The translations under genes were made by a program, and so were the position numbers. A model generated the notes under the pieces. The model saw only the letters and a list, made by a program, of their open reading frames with translations, had not been told where the DNA came from and searched no databases. A stretch of DNA of 64,000 nt from Nannocystis bainbridge (GTDB lineage Bacteria > Myxococcota_A > Polyangia > Nannocystales > Nannocystaceae): assembly GCF_028368995.1 (NCBI RefSeq), contig NZ_JAQNDL010000003.1, positions 2,432,001 to 2,496,000 on the forward strand, in the 5' to 3' direction. Below are positions 1-9,006 of this stretch, piece by piece; position 1 is the first letter of the stretch, and each line of letters opens with the position of its first letter.

Positions 1-1388
1 ACCGGCGCGAACGGGCCGAGGCCCTCGCCGTCGCCGGTCCAGCACGAGCCCTCGACGAACAGCCCGTCGCCGAGCTGGATCTCCCGCCGCAGCTCGCTCA
101 GCAGGCGGGTCTTGCCCATGCCCTCCGGCGCCTCGACGATCACGGTGCGGATCACCCGGCTGACGCTCTTGTTGCGCGCGGTGTCGGGGCGCAACACGTC
201 GTGGGCGCGCAGCAGCAGGATGTCGAGGTAGTCGGCGCGGTCGACGAACGGCAGCAGCTCGACGAGGACGCGCGCGAACTCGCGGCGGTCCTGGGCCGAC
301 TTCTGGCGGTCGCGGATGTGGCTCGACTCGCGCCGCAGCAGCTCGAGCACGATGCTGCGGGCGCTCTGCGGCCGCAGCTCCGGGTCGGGCGAGAGCATGC
401 GGCCGACCAGCTCGGCCACCACCGGGCCGCACTGCTGCAGCAGCGCGCCGGCCAGCTCGGGGCGCCAGTCGATCGCGTTGCGCAGCGCCTCTTTGAAGGT
501 GCGCGAGGGGAACGGCCGCACGCCGCGGACCGCCGTGTAGATCGTCGCGGCCAGCGAGTAGATGTCGGCGCGGCTGTCGATGACCTCGCCGCGGACCTTC
601 TCCGGCGCGCTGAAGCCGGGGGTGCCGCGGACCTTGATCAGCTCCTCGCTGTCGTCGAGCTGGTCGAGCGCGAGGTCCTTGAGCTTGCGGTGGTGCCGGA
701 ACAGGCGCGCGAGGCCGAAGTCGATCAGCTTGGCCTGCGGCTGACCGCCGTCGACGTCGGGCGGGCAGACGATGACGTTGCTCGGCTTGATGTCGCCGTG
801 CACGAACCCGACGGCGTGGATGTAGTCGAGCGCGCGCGCCAGCTGGACGAACAGCTCGACGATCGTCTCGCGCGGGGCGGTGCGCAGGCACTCCTGCAGC
901 GACACGCCGGCCAGCAGCTCCTGCGTGAAGTACACCCCGCCGTCCTCGCAGCGGCCGAAGTCGTAGACGGCCGCGAGGTTGGGGTGGTGGAGCTGGGTCA
1001 GCAGGCGGAACTCGGCCTTGAACTCGGCGATGTCGTCGCTGACCGCGCCCTGGGTGGCGCCGAAGCTGCGGGTGATCGGCGGCCGGCGGGCGCCGTCGTG
1101 CAGGCGCGCGCTCGAGCTCGCGGCGGCCGCGGTGGCCGGCTGTTGCACCGAGCTGGCCGGCACGACCTCGCTGGAGCGCGAGCCGGGGGCGTCGAGGCTG
1201 GCGTCGCGGCGGATCAGCTTGAGCGCCACCGGGCGCTCTTCAAGCTCGTCGTAGGCCTCGTAGACGGCGCCGAAACCGCCGCGCCCCAGCAGCCCGCGGA
1301 CCTGATAGCGCCCGGCGATCTTGTCCGGCATCGGCGGCTCCGCCCCGTCCGCCGTGGGCTTCGATGGCTGCGCGTCGGACTGGTTCAT
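1..1388 (-). CDS. Ser/Thr protein kinase fused to a P-loop (AAA-type) domain, runs off the left edge
   Basis: Not in the ORF track (no stop in window). From ATG at 1388: RYQVRGLLGRGGFGAVY, VALK, HGDIKPSN, DFGLA, GTPGFSAPE, DIYSL, then a Walker A-like APEGMGKT near position 110-135. Confidence 0.9.
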   Translation of the reverse strand, partial: MNQSDAQPSKPTADGAEPPMPDKIAGRYQVRGLLGRGGFGAVYEAYDELEERPVALKLIRRDASLDAPGSRSSEVVPASSVQQPATAAAASSSARLHDGARRPPITRSFGATQGAVSDDIAEFKAEFRLLTQLHHPNLAAVYDFGRCEDGGVYFTQELLAGVSLQECLRTAPRETIVELFVQLARALDYIHAVGFVHGDIKPSNVIVCPPDVDGGQPQAKLIDFGLARLFRHHRKLKDLALDQLDDSEELIKVRGTPGFSAPEKVRGEVIDSRADIYSLAATIYTAVRGVRPFPSRTFKEALRNAIDWRPELAGALLQQCGPVVAELVGRMLSPDPELRPQSARSIVLELLRRESSHIRDRQKSAQDRREFARVLVELLPFVDRADYLDILLLRAHDVLRPDTARNKSVSRVIRTVIVEAPEGMGKTRLLSELRREIQLGDGLFVEGSCWTGDGEGLGPFAP

Positions 1389-1546
1389 GGCGCGGAGAGG
1401 GACGGGCGGCGCTCGGGTGCGCGGACAACGGACCGTGCCGCCCCCCGCAACGGCCGAACGCGAGGGACGAGTATTCCACAGCAACGTCCCAGTGACGTAT
1501 CAAATTGAAATATTCGCAGGCCGACGGGTTTTTGGGGCACCGTCGC

Positions 1547-2368
1547 TCAAGACCGGCGGGGACCCCACGGTGGCACTTCGCCCGCGCGAATTGCGCTGAA
1601 CGAAGCGCGTCCGATCGCGGCCTCACCGGCGTCGATACAGCGTTCGTACGCGGCGGCCTCGATGCAGAGGCGCTCTGCTTCGGCCTGCCCGATCGCCCCC
1701 AACAGGCCACGCTTGTACACCGCGACAGCGGTCGGGGAGCGTCGTCGCAGGAGTTCGGCGAAGGTGCGCACGCGGGCGAGACCTGCGTCGATGTCCGGGA
1801 CGATTTCGTGGCAAAGACCGATCCGCAGCGCCTCGTCGGCGCTGATCTCCTCGCCCGTGCAGCCGAGCCGGAGCGCGTGCGCCGGGCCGACCGCGAGCGC
1901 CAGCTCCGCCGTACCGCGCGCGCCGGGGATGATGCCGAGGCCCGTCTCCGGCAGCGCGAAGCGGCCCGTCGGCGTCGCCAGGCAGTAGTCGGCGGTGAGC
2001 AAGAACTCGAGGCCCCAGCCGAGCGTGACGCCGTGGCTCAGGGCGACGGTGAACAGCGGGGCGTGGCGCAGGCGCAGGAGGATCGAGCGCTGGCGGCGGA
2101 CGTGGGCCTTGACGCGCTCGTCGGGCCAGCCGACGCGTTCGGTGACGTCGGCGCCGGCGACGAAGATCGGCGCGCCCGACTTGCTGGTGCGCCGGCTGGT
2201 GGTGCACAGGCAGGCGACCTCGCCGTGCTCGAGCAGGTCGCACAGCGCCTCGAAGGCGTCGAGGATGCCGGTGCCGACCTCGTTGGCCTTGCCGTGATCG
2301 AGGGTCAGCGTGAGGAGCCGGAGCTCGGGGTCGTAGTGCGGATGCAGGGCGTCGATGCGCTCGAACAT
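1547..2368 (-). CDS. enoyl-CoA hydratase/isomerase family protein
   Basis: FVAGADV, GWGLEFLLTADY, FALPETGLGIIPGARGT crotonase motifs. Confidence 0.9.
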   Translation of the reverse strand: MFERIDALHPHYDPELRLLTLTLDHGKANEVGTGILDAFEALCDLLEHGEVACLCTTSRRTSKSGAPIFVAGADVTERVGWPDERVKAHVRRQRSILLRLRHAPLFTVALSHGVTLGWGLEFLLTADYCLATPTGRFALPETGLGIIPGARGTAELALAVGPAHALRLGCTGEEISADEALRIGLCHEIVPDIDAGLARVRTFAELLRRRSPTAVAVYKRGLLGAIGQAEAERLCIEAAAYERCIDAGEAAIGRASFSAIRAGEVPPWGPRRS

Positions 2369-2432
2369 GTGCGCCGGAGACCATACGAGGGCCGCCCGGC
2401 GAGTGCCAGCGGGTAATGGGACCCACCCCGGC

Positions 2433-3017
2433 TCACGGTAGCCGTGCGAGATCGGCGGGCCGGTCGAGGTTGTCGAGCACGGCGGGATCGTCGACCGCCA
2501 GCGCGCTGCGCATGCCGCTGACCGCCGGACGTCCCAGCAGGTCGCGCGGGCTGGCGTCCGGCCCCAGCGCCAGCAGCTCGGGCACCAGCGCCGCCGGCCA
2601 CACCAGCGGATGGCCGCGGCGACCGCCGTGGCTCGGCTGCCAGACCTGCGTGGGCGCCGCGCGGAAGGCCGCCGCCAGCGCCGCGACGGTCTCGGGCCGC
2701 ACGTGCGGGCGGTCGACCGTCAGCACCAGCGCGGCGCAGCCGGGGGCCAGCATCTCGAGCTCCTGCAGGCCGCGGCGCAGGCTGTCCATCTGTCCTTGCG
2801 GCCATGTCGGATTGGTCACCTTGATCGCGGACCCGAGGTCCTCGGCGGGGATGACGACCGCGCCCTCGACGACGACGATCGGGCTGGCGTCGGCCGCCTC
2901 GGCCTGGGCCACGGCGTGGCGCACGAAGGCCCGCCCGCGCCACTCGAGCAGCGCCTTGGGCTGGCCCATGCGCTCGCCGGCGCCGGCCGCGAGGACGATC
3001 GCGCCGAGCGCGGTCAC
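2433..3017 (-). CDS. nucleotidyltransferase, MocA/MobA-like (molybdenum cofactor cytidylyltransferase family)
   Basis: IVLAAGAGERMGQPKALL, NPTWPQGQMDSL, GRRGHP, DNLDRPAD; GTG start at 3017 inferred; XdhC gene nearby. Confidence 0.85.
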   Translation of the reverse strand: MTALGAIVLAAGAGERMGQPKALLEWRGRAFVRHAVAQAEAADASPIVVVEGAVVIPAEDLGSAIKVTNPTWPQGQMDSLRRGLQELEMLAPGCAALVLTVDRPHVRPETVAALAAAFRAAPTQVWQPSHGGRRGHPLVWPAALVPELLALGPDASPRDLLGRPAVSGMRSALAVDDPAVLDNLDRPADLARLP

Positions 3018-3179
3018 GGGCGGCCTCCGAAGCAGCGGTGCGCGGCCACGGGGGGCGAAAATTGCGATGGTCGCGCCAGACGGGTGCAGCGCGTCTGTGA
3101 AGCGCGGTCGTCCCCTCTCTCGCGCGAGCATCGCGCGGCTCGCGAGCGGCGCTCCGCGGTGTCATGAACTAGCGCGAAG

Positions 3180-3231
3180 GGACATGTCCGAACGAACATG
3201 CCCTCTCGCACATGTCCTCGCGGACATGCTC
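3180..3231. repeat. 14-bp-period CATG decamer array (4 units + 1 degenerate)
   Basis: GGACATGTCC gaac GAACATGCCC tctc GCACATGTCC tcgc GGACATGCTC; CATG cores at 3183, 3197, 3211, 3225. Confidence 0.9.
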
Positions 3232-3270
3232 GAAAGGGCAGCAGCGTCGGCGTGTCTGCCACCGGTCCGC

Positions 3271-5109
3271 TCAGGCCGGCGGGAGCGCCGGCGAGGGCTC
3301 GCGCGACTTGTTCGACAGCGGCTTGTCGTTCGGGCGCGCCGGCTCGGCCTTGTCGCCGAACAGCTCGCCGAGCTGGGCGGCGTCGGCCGGCGACGGCACG
3401 AGGACCGCCTTGGGCACGCCGACGGCCAGGCTGCCGAGGTTGGGGTCGAGCTTGACGCCGATGCCGACGGCCCCGCCGATGCGGGCGAAGGCGGCCGCGC
3501 CGGTCTCGATCTTCTTCAGCCGGGCCTTGTCGGCCCGCGACTCGGCGCTGCTCAGCACCGACAGCCGCAGCAGCGCGACCGGGTCGACGCTGACGCAGAA
3601 GTGGCAGCCCTGGCTGGCGGTCCGGGCCAGGCGCAGGCCGGCGTCGCCGCCGAGCGAGGTCTTGCGGCCCTTGAGCTCGGCGCCGATGTCGCCGGCGACC
3701 TTGGTGGCGCCGGCGCCGATGGTGAACACGGCGAGGTTGCCGGTCACGAACGAGGCGGCCTCGAGCTTCTTCTTGGCGACCAGGAACGGCTCGAGATCGG
3801 CTGCCTCTTTGGCCATGTTCTTCGGGACAGGGATCGTCAGCAGGTCGCCCTTGACCGGGCCGGCCTTGGCGCCGTCGGTCTTGAGGGTGAAGCCGATCTT
3901 GGCCGACTTGTCGTCGCCGGTGAGGCTGTCGAACGCGGCGAAGCCCTTGACCAGCGCCTGCTCGATGCCGCGGATGGCCGCCCGCGCGCCGGCCTCGTCC
4001 TTGACGTTGGCGGCCAGCACGGCGGTGGCCTCGCCCTTGGGCGAGAGGTAGAGCGCGAACACGACGTCGCTCTGGACCTGGTCGAGCACAGCGTGGGCGG
4101 CGGCGACGGCGTCCTTGGCGACGACGTCGAAGGGGGCGGGGATCTGGCTCAGCGGGACGCCCTTGTCGAGGGCGCCGTGGAGGGCCTCGGGGGTGCCCCA
4201 GGGCATGGCCACGACGAGGGCGGGGCCGGCCGGGAGGACGGCCTCGAGGGCGGTCGGGGCGGTCCGCGCCGGGCCCAGCGGCGACAGGCCGAGGCGCGAG
4301 AACGGGGCCTCGGCGGCGAGCTGCAGCGCGAGGTCGCGGTCGGTGCCAGCGTCGAGCTCGAGCGAGCCGGCGGTGGCCTCGCGCAGGACCGCCTGCACCT
4401 GCCTGCGCAGGCCGGCCGGCAAGCTGTTGAGGGCGCCGGTCTCGAGCATGCCGGGCGGCAAGTCGGTGCCGCGCAGGCGCAGCCGCCGACCCTGCCCGGC
4501 CTCGCCGGCGAGCCCGGCGGCGCGCTCGAGGTCGGCGTTCGACAGCGCGAACTCGAGGGCCTTGGGCTGCTCGCGCAGCAGCACCCGCAGCTCGCCCTGG
4601 ACCAGCTCCCACAGGCCGTTGCCGAGCGGCTGCGGCCGCTGCGCCGAGGGCATGCCGTCCATGACGCCCTTGGCGCTGACGGCCGCGAGGGTGCCGGCCA
4701 GCTTGAGGTCGTTGCTGGGGTCCTGGACGTGGAAGGTGGCGTCGACGGCGAACGGGCCGGCCAGATCGAGGTTGGCCCACAGACCGGGCCCGAAGCCCAT
4801 CTGCAGCAACATCGCCTGGATCTGCGCGGCCGGATCGATCGGCTGCTTGGGGGTCCAGGCGGTGGTGGTCTGCTTGACGAGGGCCATCAGGTCGCCGGCG
4901 CCGTGGAGGCTGGCGCGCAGCTTGACCGGCTTGCCCGGCGGAGGCTTGCGCGCGGGCCGCCCGCTCTGCCCGTCGCCCGCGCCGGCGCCGTCCTCCTGCG
5001 GTTCGTCGACCACAACGACGGCGGGCGGCGGAGTCTTCTTGGCGCAGCCAAGTGTGGCAGGAGCGACGACCATGGCGATCGTCCCGAGCGCGACGCGGGC
5101 GGTGAACAT
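3271..5109 (-). CDS. hypothetical lipoprotein (612 aa)
   Basis: Signal peptide ending TLGC, GC-typical codon usage, TACACT 7 nt upstream of ATG. Confidence 0.75.
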   Translation of the reverse strand: MFTARVALGTIAMVVAPATLGCAKKTPPPAVVVVDEPQEDGAGAGDGQSGRPARKPPPGKPVKLRASLHGAGDLMALVKQTTTAWTPKQPIDPAAQIQAMLLQMGFGPGLWANLDLAGPFAVDATFHVQDPSNDLKLAGTLAAVSAKGVMDGMPSAQRPQPLGNGLWELVQGELRVLLREQPKALEFALSNADLERAAGLAGEAGQGRRLRLRGTDLPPGMLETGALNSLPAGLRRQVQAVLREATAGSLELDAGTDRDLALQLAAEAPFSRLGLSPLGPARTAPTALEAVLPAGPALVVAMPWGTPEALHGALDKGVPLSQIPAPFDVVAKDAVAAAHAVLDQVQSDVVFALYLSPKGEATAVLAANVKDEAGARAAIRGIEQALVKGFAAFDSLTGDDKSAKIGFTLKTDGAKAGPVKGDLLTIPVPKNMAKEAADLEPFLVAKKKLEAASFVTGNLAVFTIGAGATKVAGDIGAELKGRKTSLGGDAGLRLARTASQGCHFCVSVDPVALLRLSVLSSAESRADKARLKKIETGAAAFARIGGAVGIGVKLDPNLGSLAVGVPKAVLVPSPADAAQLGELFGDKAEPARPNDKPLSNKSREPSPALPPA

Positions 5110-5122
5110 CGCGCGCAGTGTA

Positions 5123-5983
5123 TCAGCGGTCGTCGCGCGCGTCGCCTTCGCGCGGTCCGCCGATCCTGGCGACCGCCTGGGGGACCACGTTCATCGGCAA
5201 GCCGGTGCCACCGTGACGGTCCGCCAGCAGCTCGGCGACGATGCTGACGGCGATCTCGGCCGGGGTGCGACCGCCCAGCGCAATTCCCACCGGCGCCCGC
5301 ACGCGCGACAGGTCGGGGGCGCCGCGGCCCAGCTCCTGCTCGCGGCGCAGGACGCGAGCGACGATCGCGTGGACTTTGCGGACGCTGCCGATCATGCCGA
5401 GGTAGCGGTGGGGGCGGCGGACCAGAGCGGCCAGCGCCCGCTCGTCGCGCGCGTGGTCGCGGGTGAGGATGACGACGTAGTCGCGCTCGCCGAGGTCGGG
5501 CACGGCGCGCTCGAGCTCGTCGACGTCGCGGGCGTGCCGCTCGGCGCCGGCGAACGCGGGGTGGTCCAGCAGCTCCTCGCGGTCGTCGACGACGACGACG
5601 CGAAAGCCGACCCCGGCGGCCACCGGGGCCACCGCCTGGGCCACGTGGCCGGCGCCGACGAGGACGAGCCGCGCTTCGGGGGCGAGATACTCCACGAACA
5701 CCTCCATGGCGCCGCCGCAACACATGCCGAGGTCGCGGACCAGGTGCGCCTTGACGACCCGCGGGCTGCCGTCGCGCAGGCAGCCGCGGCAGGCGCCCAG
5801 CACCTGCTCCTCGATCGCCCCGCCGCCGACCGTGCCGACCTGGACCCCGTCCTCGCGCAGGAGCAGACGGGCCCCCACGACCTGCGGGGCCGAACCCGAG
5901 CGGCCGATGACCGTCGCCAGGGCCGCGGGCCCACCCGTCCTCCCAGACAGGACGTCGACGACGGCACGGGCGACCGGGAGCAC
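5123..5983 (-). CDS. xdhC: XdhC/CoxI family molybdenum hydroxylase maturation protein
   Basis: GSAPQ, GTVGGGAIE, LGMCCGG, VGAGHVA, TRDHARD, YLGMIGS, PVGIALGGRTPAEIAVSI. Confidence 0.9.
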   Translation of the reverse strand: MLPVARAVVDVLSGRTGGPAALATVIGRSGSAPQVVGARLLLREDGVQVGTVGGGAIEEQVLGACRGCLRDGSPRVVKAHLVRDLGMCCGGAMEVFVEYLAPEARLVLVGAGHVAQAVAPVAAGVGFRVVVVDDREELLDHPAFAGAERHARDVDELERAVPDLGERDYVVILTRDHARDERALAALVRRPHRYLGMIGSVRKVHAIVARVLRREQELGRGAPDLSRVRAPVGIALGGRTPAEIAVSIVAELLADRHGGTGLPMNVVPQAVARIGGPREGDARDDR

Positions 5984-6051
5984 CGCCGCGAAGTGTAGCC
6001 CGGGGCTTGTTCGGGGCGCCGGGCAATTTTACAAGGTTGGCCGGACGAGAG

Positions 6052-6663
6052 ATGCGCAGGGTCGCAGCGGTCGCGCTGGTGTTCGGAGCGTGCGGTGAGC
6101 CGGAGGCGGCGCCGCGGGCGGAGCCGCCTCCCGTGCGCCCGACGATCGCCGCCTCCCCGCTGTCGATGACGCCGGACGAGCTGGCCGAGACCCGCCGCAA
6201 GGCCGGCTTCCAGGACGGCGCGACGCTCGAGGCGGAGCGCGCCGAGGCCCGCGAGCGAGTCGCCCGCAGCTACGTGCGCGCCCATCTCCCGGCGTATCGC
6301 GAGGTGGTGAAGGCGCTGCGCGGCAACCTGGCGGAGATCGAGCGCGCGGCCCGACGGTGGCTGCGTACGAGCGATCCACAGCGGGCCTACGAGCGCTGGC
6401 GCGGGGTTTCGCGACGACGGGCCGATCGCGTCGCAGGGTTGTATGCGCAGGTCGCCGACGACGGCTTCGACGGCGGTCACGCCCAACGCCTGCTGGCTGA
6501 CGCGTATCGCCGGTGGGAAGAGCTGCGGGAAGATCTCGGCGGCGAGGTCGCTGCCGACGCGCGTTTCTCCGCCCTCCTCGTCGAATTGCGGGACGCGCTG
6601 ACGGCCGTCGCACGCGTGCTCGACGAGATCGAGCACGACGAAGAACTGGCCGCAGGCCCGTGA
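6052..6663 (+). CDS. hypothetical lipoprotein
   Basis: MRRVAAVALVFGAC lipobox-like N-terminus followed by a helical domain. Confidence 0.65.
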   Translation: MRRVAAVALVFGACGEPEAAPRAEPPPVRPTIAASPLSMTPDELAETRRKAGFQDGATLEAERAEARERVARSYVRAHLPAYREVVKALRGNLAEIERAARRWLRTSDPQRAYERWRGVSRRRADRVAGLYAQVADDGFDGGHAQRLLADAYRRWEELREDLGGEVAADARFSALLVELRDALTAVARVLDEIEHDEELAAGP

Positions 6664-6824
6664 ATTCAGGCGTCTGGCGGCGGTTTTGCGCGCGTTGCGC
6701 GAACAGCCTTCAAGATTCTGGTAATTGGCGAAGTTTTGCGGTACCTGGCTAAAGCACCGTCCACGACGACTGCCCCTCGCAAGGGGCCGTGCACTCGCCC
6801 CGCGAGGGGAAGCCAGGAGAACTC

Positions 6825-7025
6825 ATGAAGAAGACCATCGCGATCATGTTCGCCGCCATCTCGGTTGCGAGCTTCGGCTGCAACAAGAGCAAGACCGACA
6901 CCGCCAACCCGGACGAGGTCAAGACCGACGCCCCGGCGGAGACCCCCGCCGAGACGCCGGCCGAGACCCCGGCCGAGGGCACCCCGGCCGAGGGTGGCGA
7001 CGCGGCTGCTGCCCCCACCCCGTAA
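6825..7025 (+). CDS. small acidic lipoprotein with PAET repeats (66 aa)
   Basis: AGGAGA RBS; MKKTIAIMFAAISVASFGC lipobox; (PAET)x3. Confidence 0.8.
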   Translation: MKKTIAIMFAAISVASFGCNKSKTDTANPDEVKTDAPAETPAETPAETPAEGTPAEGGDAAAAPTP

Positions 7026-7061
7026 GCCCGATCTCCCTCGGGAGATCTCAGCTTGCAATTC

Positions 7062-7105
7062 CATGGGCCAGACTGGCACTTCGCCGGTCTGGCCCATGTT
7101 TTATT
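7062..7105 (+). terminator. rho-independent terminator
   Basis: CATGGGCCAGAC...GTCTGGCCCATG 12-bp stem followed by TTTTATT. Confidence 0.8.
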
Positions 7106-7173
7106 CTGCAGTGTAGTGCCAGGCCCCCGGGGTCGATTTCTGCTATAGGCCCCGGACCCCCGGCCGCTCGCCC

Positions 7174-9006
7174 GTGTCGCTCGCCAACCGCTTCTTCCAA
7201 CGGTACGTCCGGCGCAACCTGCCGCAGTACGCCCTGGGCTTCGCGATGTTGGTGGCGACCAACTACGCGGTGGTGCGGATCCCGACGCTCATCGGCCACG
7301 CCCTCGACGCGCTCGGCGGCGGGCAGGCCGACGCCCTCGCCGTGGGCCGCGGGATCGCCCTCGAGCTGATGATCTGGGCGGTCGCGGTGGTGGTCGTGCG
7401 CACGCTGTCGCGCGTGCTGTTCTTCAACCCCGGGCGCGAGGTCGAGTACCGCGTCAGCGTCGACCTGTTCTCGCACCTGCTGGCGCTGCAGCGGCCGTTC
7501 TTCCTCCGCCGCAAGGTCGGCGAGTTGGTCAGCATGGCGACCAACGACACGATGTCGATCCGCCTGCTCATCGGCTTCGCCGGCCTGCAGGTGTGCAACG
7601 TCCTCGTCGCGGTGCCGCTCCACCTCGGGCAGATGCTCCTCACCGACGCCTGGCTGACGCTGTGGTGCCTGCTGCCGATCGCCGCCGGCAGCGCCTACAC
7701 GATCGCGGTGGTGCGCCGGTTCTACTCGCTGATCCGGGTCTCGTTCGAGGAGCTCGGGCGGCTGTCGGACCGGGTGCTCGAGTCATACGCCGGCATCGGC
7801 ACGGTGCGGGCCCACGGGGCCGATGCGGCGATCCTGCGCCACTTCGACGCCCGCAACCAGGCCTACCTCGACCTGCAGCTGCGGCTGTCGTCGATGCGCG
7901 CGTTCTCGATGCCGGTGCTCGGGCTGTCGGGCCAGGTGGCGGCGGCGATCGTGCTGTGGGTCGGCGGCGCGCGGGTGATCGCCGGCGAGTTGCCGGTCGG
8001 CGCGCTCGTCACGTTCACCACCCTGCTCGCCAGCCTGGTCGCGCTGCTGATGGCGGTCGCGTGGGTGCTGGCCTCGGTGTCGCGCGGGATCGTGGCGGTG
8101 AAGCGCATCGACGAGGTCGTCGCCACGCCCGACGGGCTACCTGTCCCGACGGACAGCTTGCCGCCCGGCCCGCCGCCGGCGCTCGAGCTGCGCGGCCTGA
8201 CCTTCGCCTACCCGGGCGCCGAGGCGCCGTCGCTGCAGGACATCTCGTTCGCGCTCGCGCCGGGCAAGACGCTCGGGATCTTCGGCCGCACCGGCGCCGG
8301 CAAGTCGACGCTCATCCACCTGCTGTCGCGCGTCTACACCCCGCCGGCCGGGACCGTGTTCGTCGCCGGCAAGGACGTCACGAGCTTGCCTTTGGACCAG
8401 GTCCGGGCCCAGCTCGCGGTCGTGCCGCAGGACCCGTTCCTGTTCTCGAACACGCTGCGCGACAACATCCGCCTGCGCGGCGAGCGGAGCGGGCACGTGC
8501 GCGGCGAGGACGGCGGCGGCTCGGCCTCGTCGTCGCAGCTGCGCCGCGAGGAGCCCGAGGACCCGCGGCTGCAGCAGGTGCTGCGCGCGGCCTGCCTGGT
8601 CGACGACGTGCGCTCGCTGCCCGAGGGGCTCGACACGGTGGTCGGCGAGCGCGGGGTGATGCTGTCGGGCGGCCAGCGCCAGCGGACCGCCCTGGCCCGG
8701 GCGCTGTACCGCGGGCCGGGGCTGCTGCTGCTCGACGACGTGCTGTCGGCGGTCGACCAGGGCACCGAGGTCCGGCTGGTCGCGGCCATCCGCGGGCTCC
8801 ACGACGAGGGCGGCGCCGGCCTGATGCGCGAGCCGCCGAGCACCGTGATCGTGTCGCACCGCACCAGCGTGCTCGAGCACGCCGACGAGATCCTCGTGCT
8901 CGAGCGCGGCGTGGTCGTCGAGCGCGGCACGCACGCCCAGCTGCTCGCGCACGACGGCGTCTACGCCGAGACCCACCGCCACCAGGAGGCCGCGCACCAT
9001 GGCTGA
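7174..9006 (+). CDS. ABC exporter permease/ATPase, subunit 1 of a heterodimer (MdlA-like)
   Basis: TM domain, GRTGAGKST, LSGGQRQR, degenerate Walker B LLLLDD. Confidence 0.92.
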   Translation: MSLANRFFQRYVRRNLPQYALGFAMLVATNYAVVRIPTLIGHALDALGGGQADALAVGRGIALELMIWAVAVVVVRTLSRVLFFNPGREVEYRVSVDLFSHLLALQRPFFLRRKVGELVSMATNDTMSIRLLIGFAGLQVCNVLVAVPLHLGQMLLTDAWLTLWCLLPIAAGSAYTIAVVRRFYSLIRVSFEELGRLSDRVLESYAGIGTVRAHGADAAILRHFDARNQAYLDLQLRLSSMRAFSMPVLGLSGQVAAAIVLWVGGARVIAGELPVGALVTFTTLLASLVALLMAVAWVLASVSRGIVAVKRIDEVVATPDGLPVPTDSLPPGPPPALELRGLTFAYPGAEAPSLQDISFALAPGKTLGIFGRTGAGKSTLIHLLSRVYTPPAGTVFVAGKDVTSLPLDQVRAQLAVVPQDPFLFSNTLRDNIRLRGERSGHVRGEDGGGSASSSQLRREEPEDPRLQQVLRAACLVDDVRSLPEGLDTVVGERGVMLSGGQRQRTALARALYRGPGLLLLDDVLSAVDQGTEVRLVAAIRGLHDEGGAGLMREPPSTVIVSHRTSVLEHADEILVLERGVVVERGTHAQLLAHDGVYAETHRHQEAAHHG

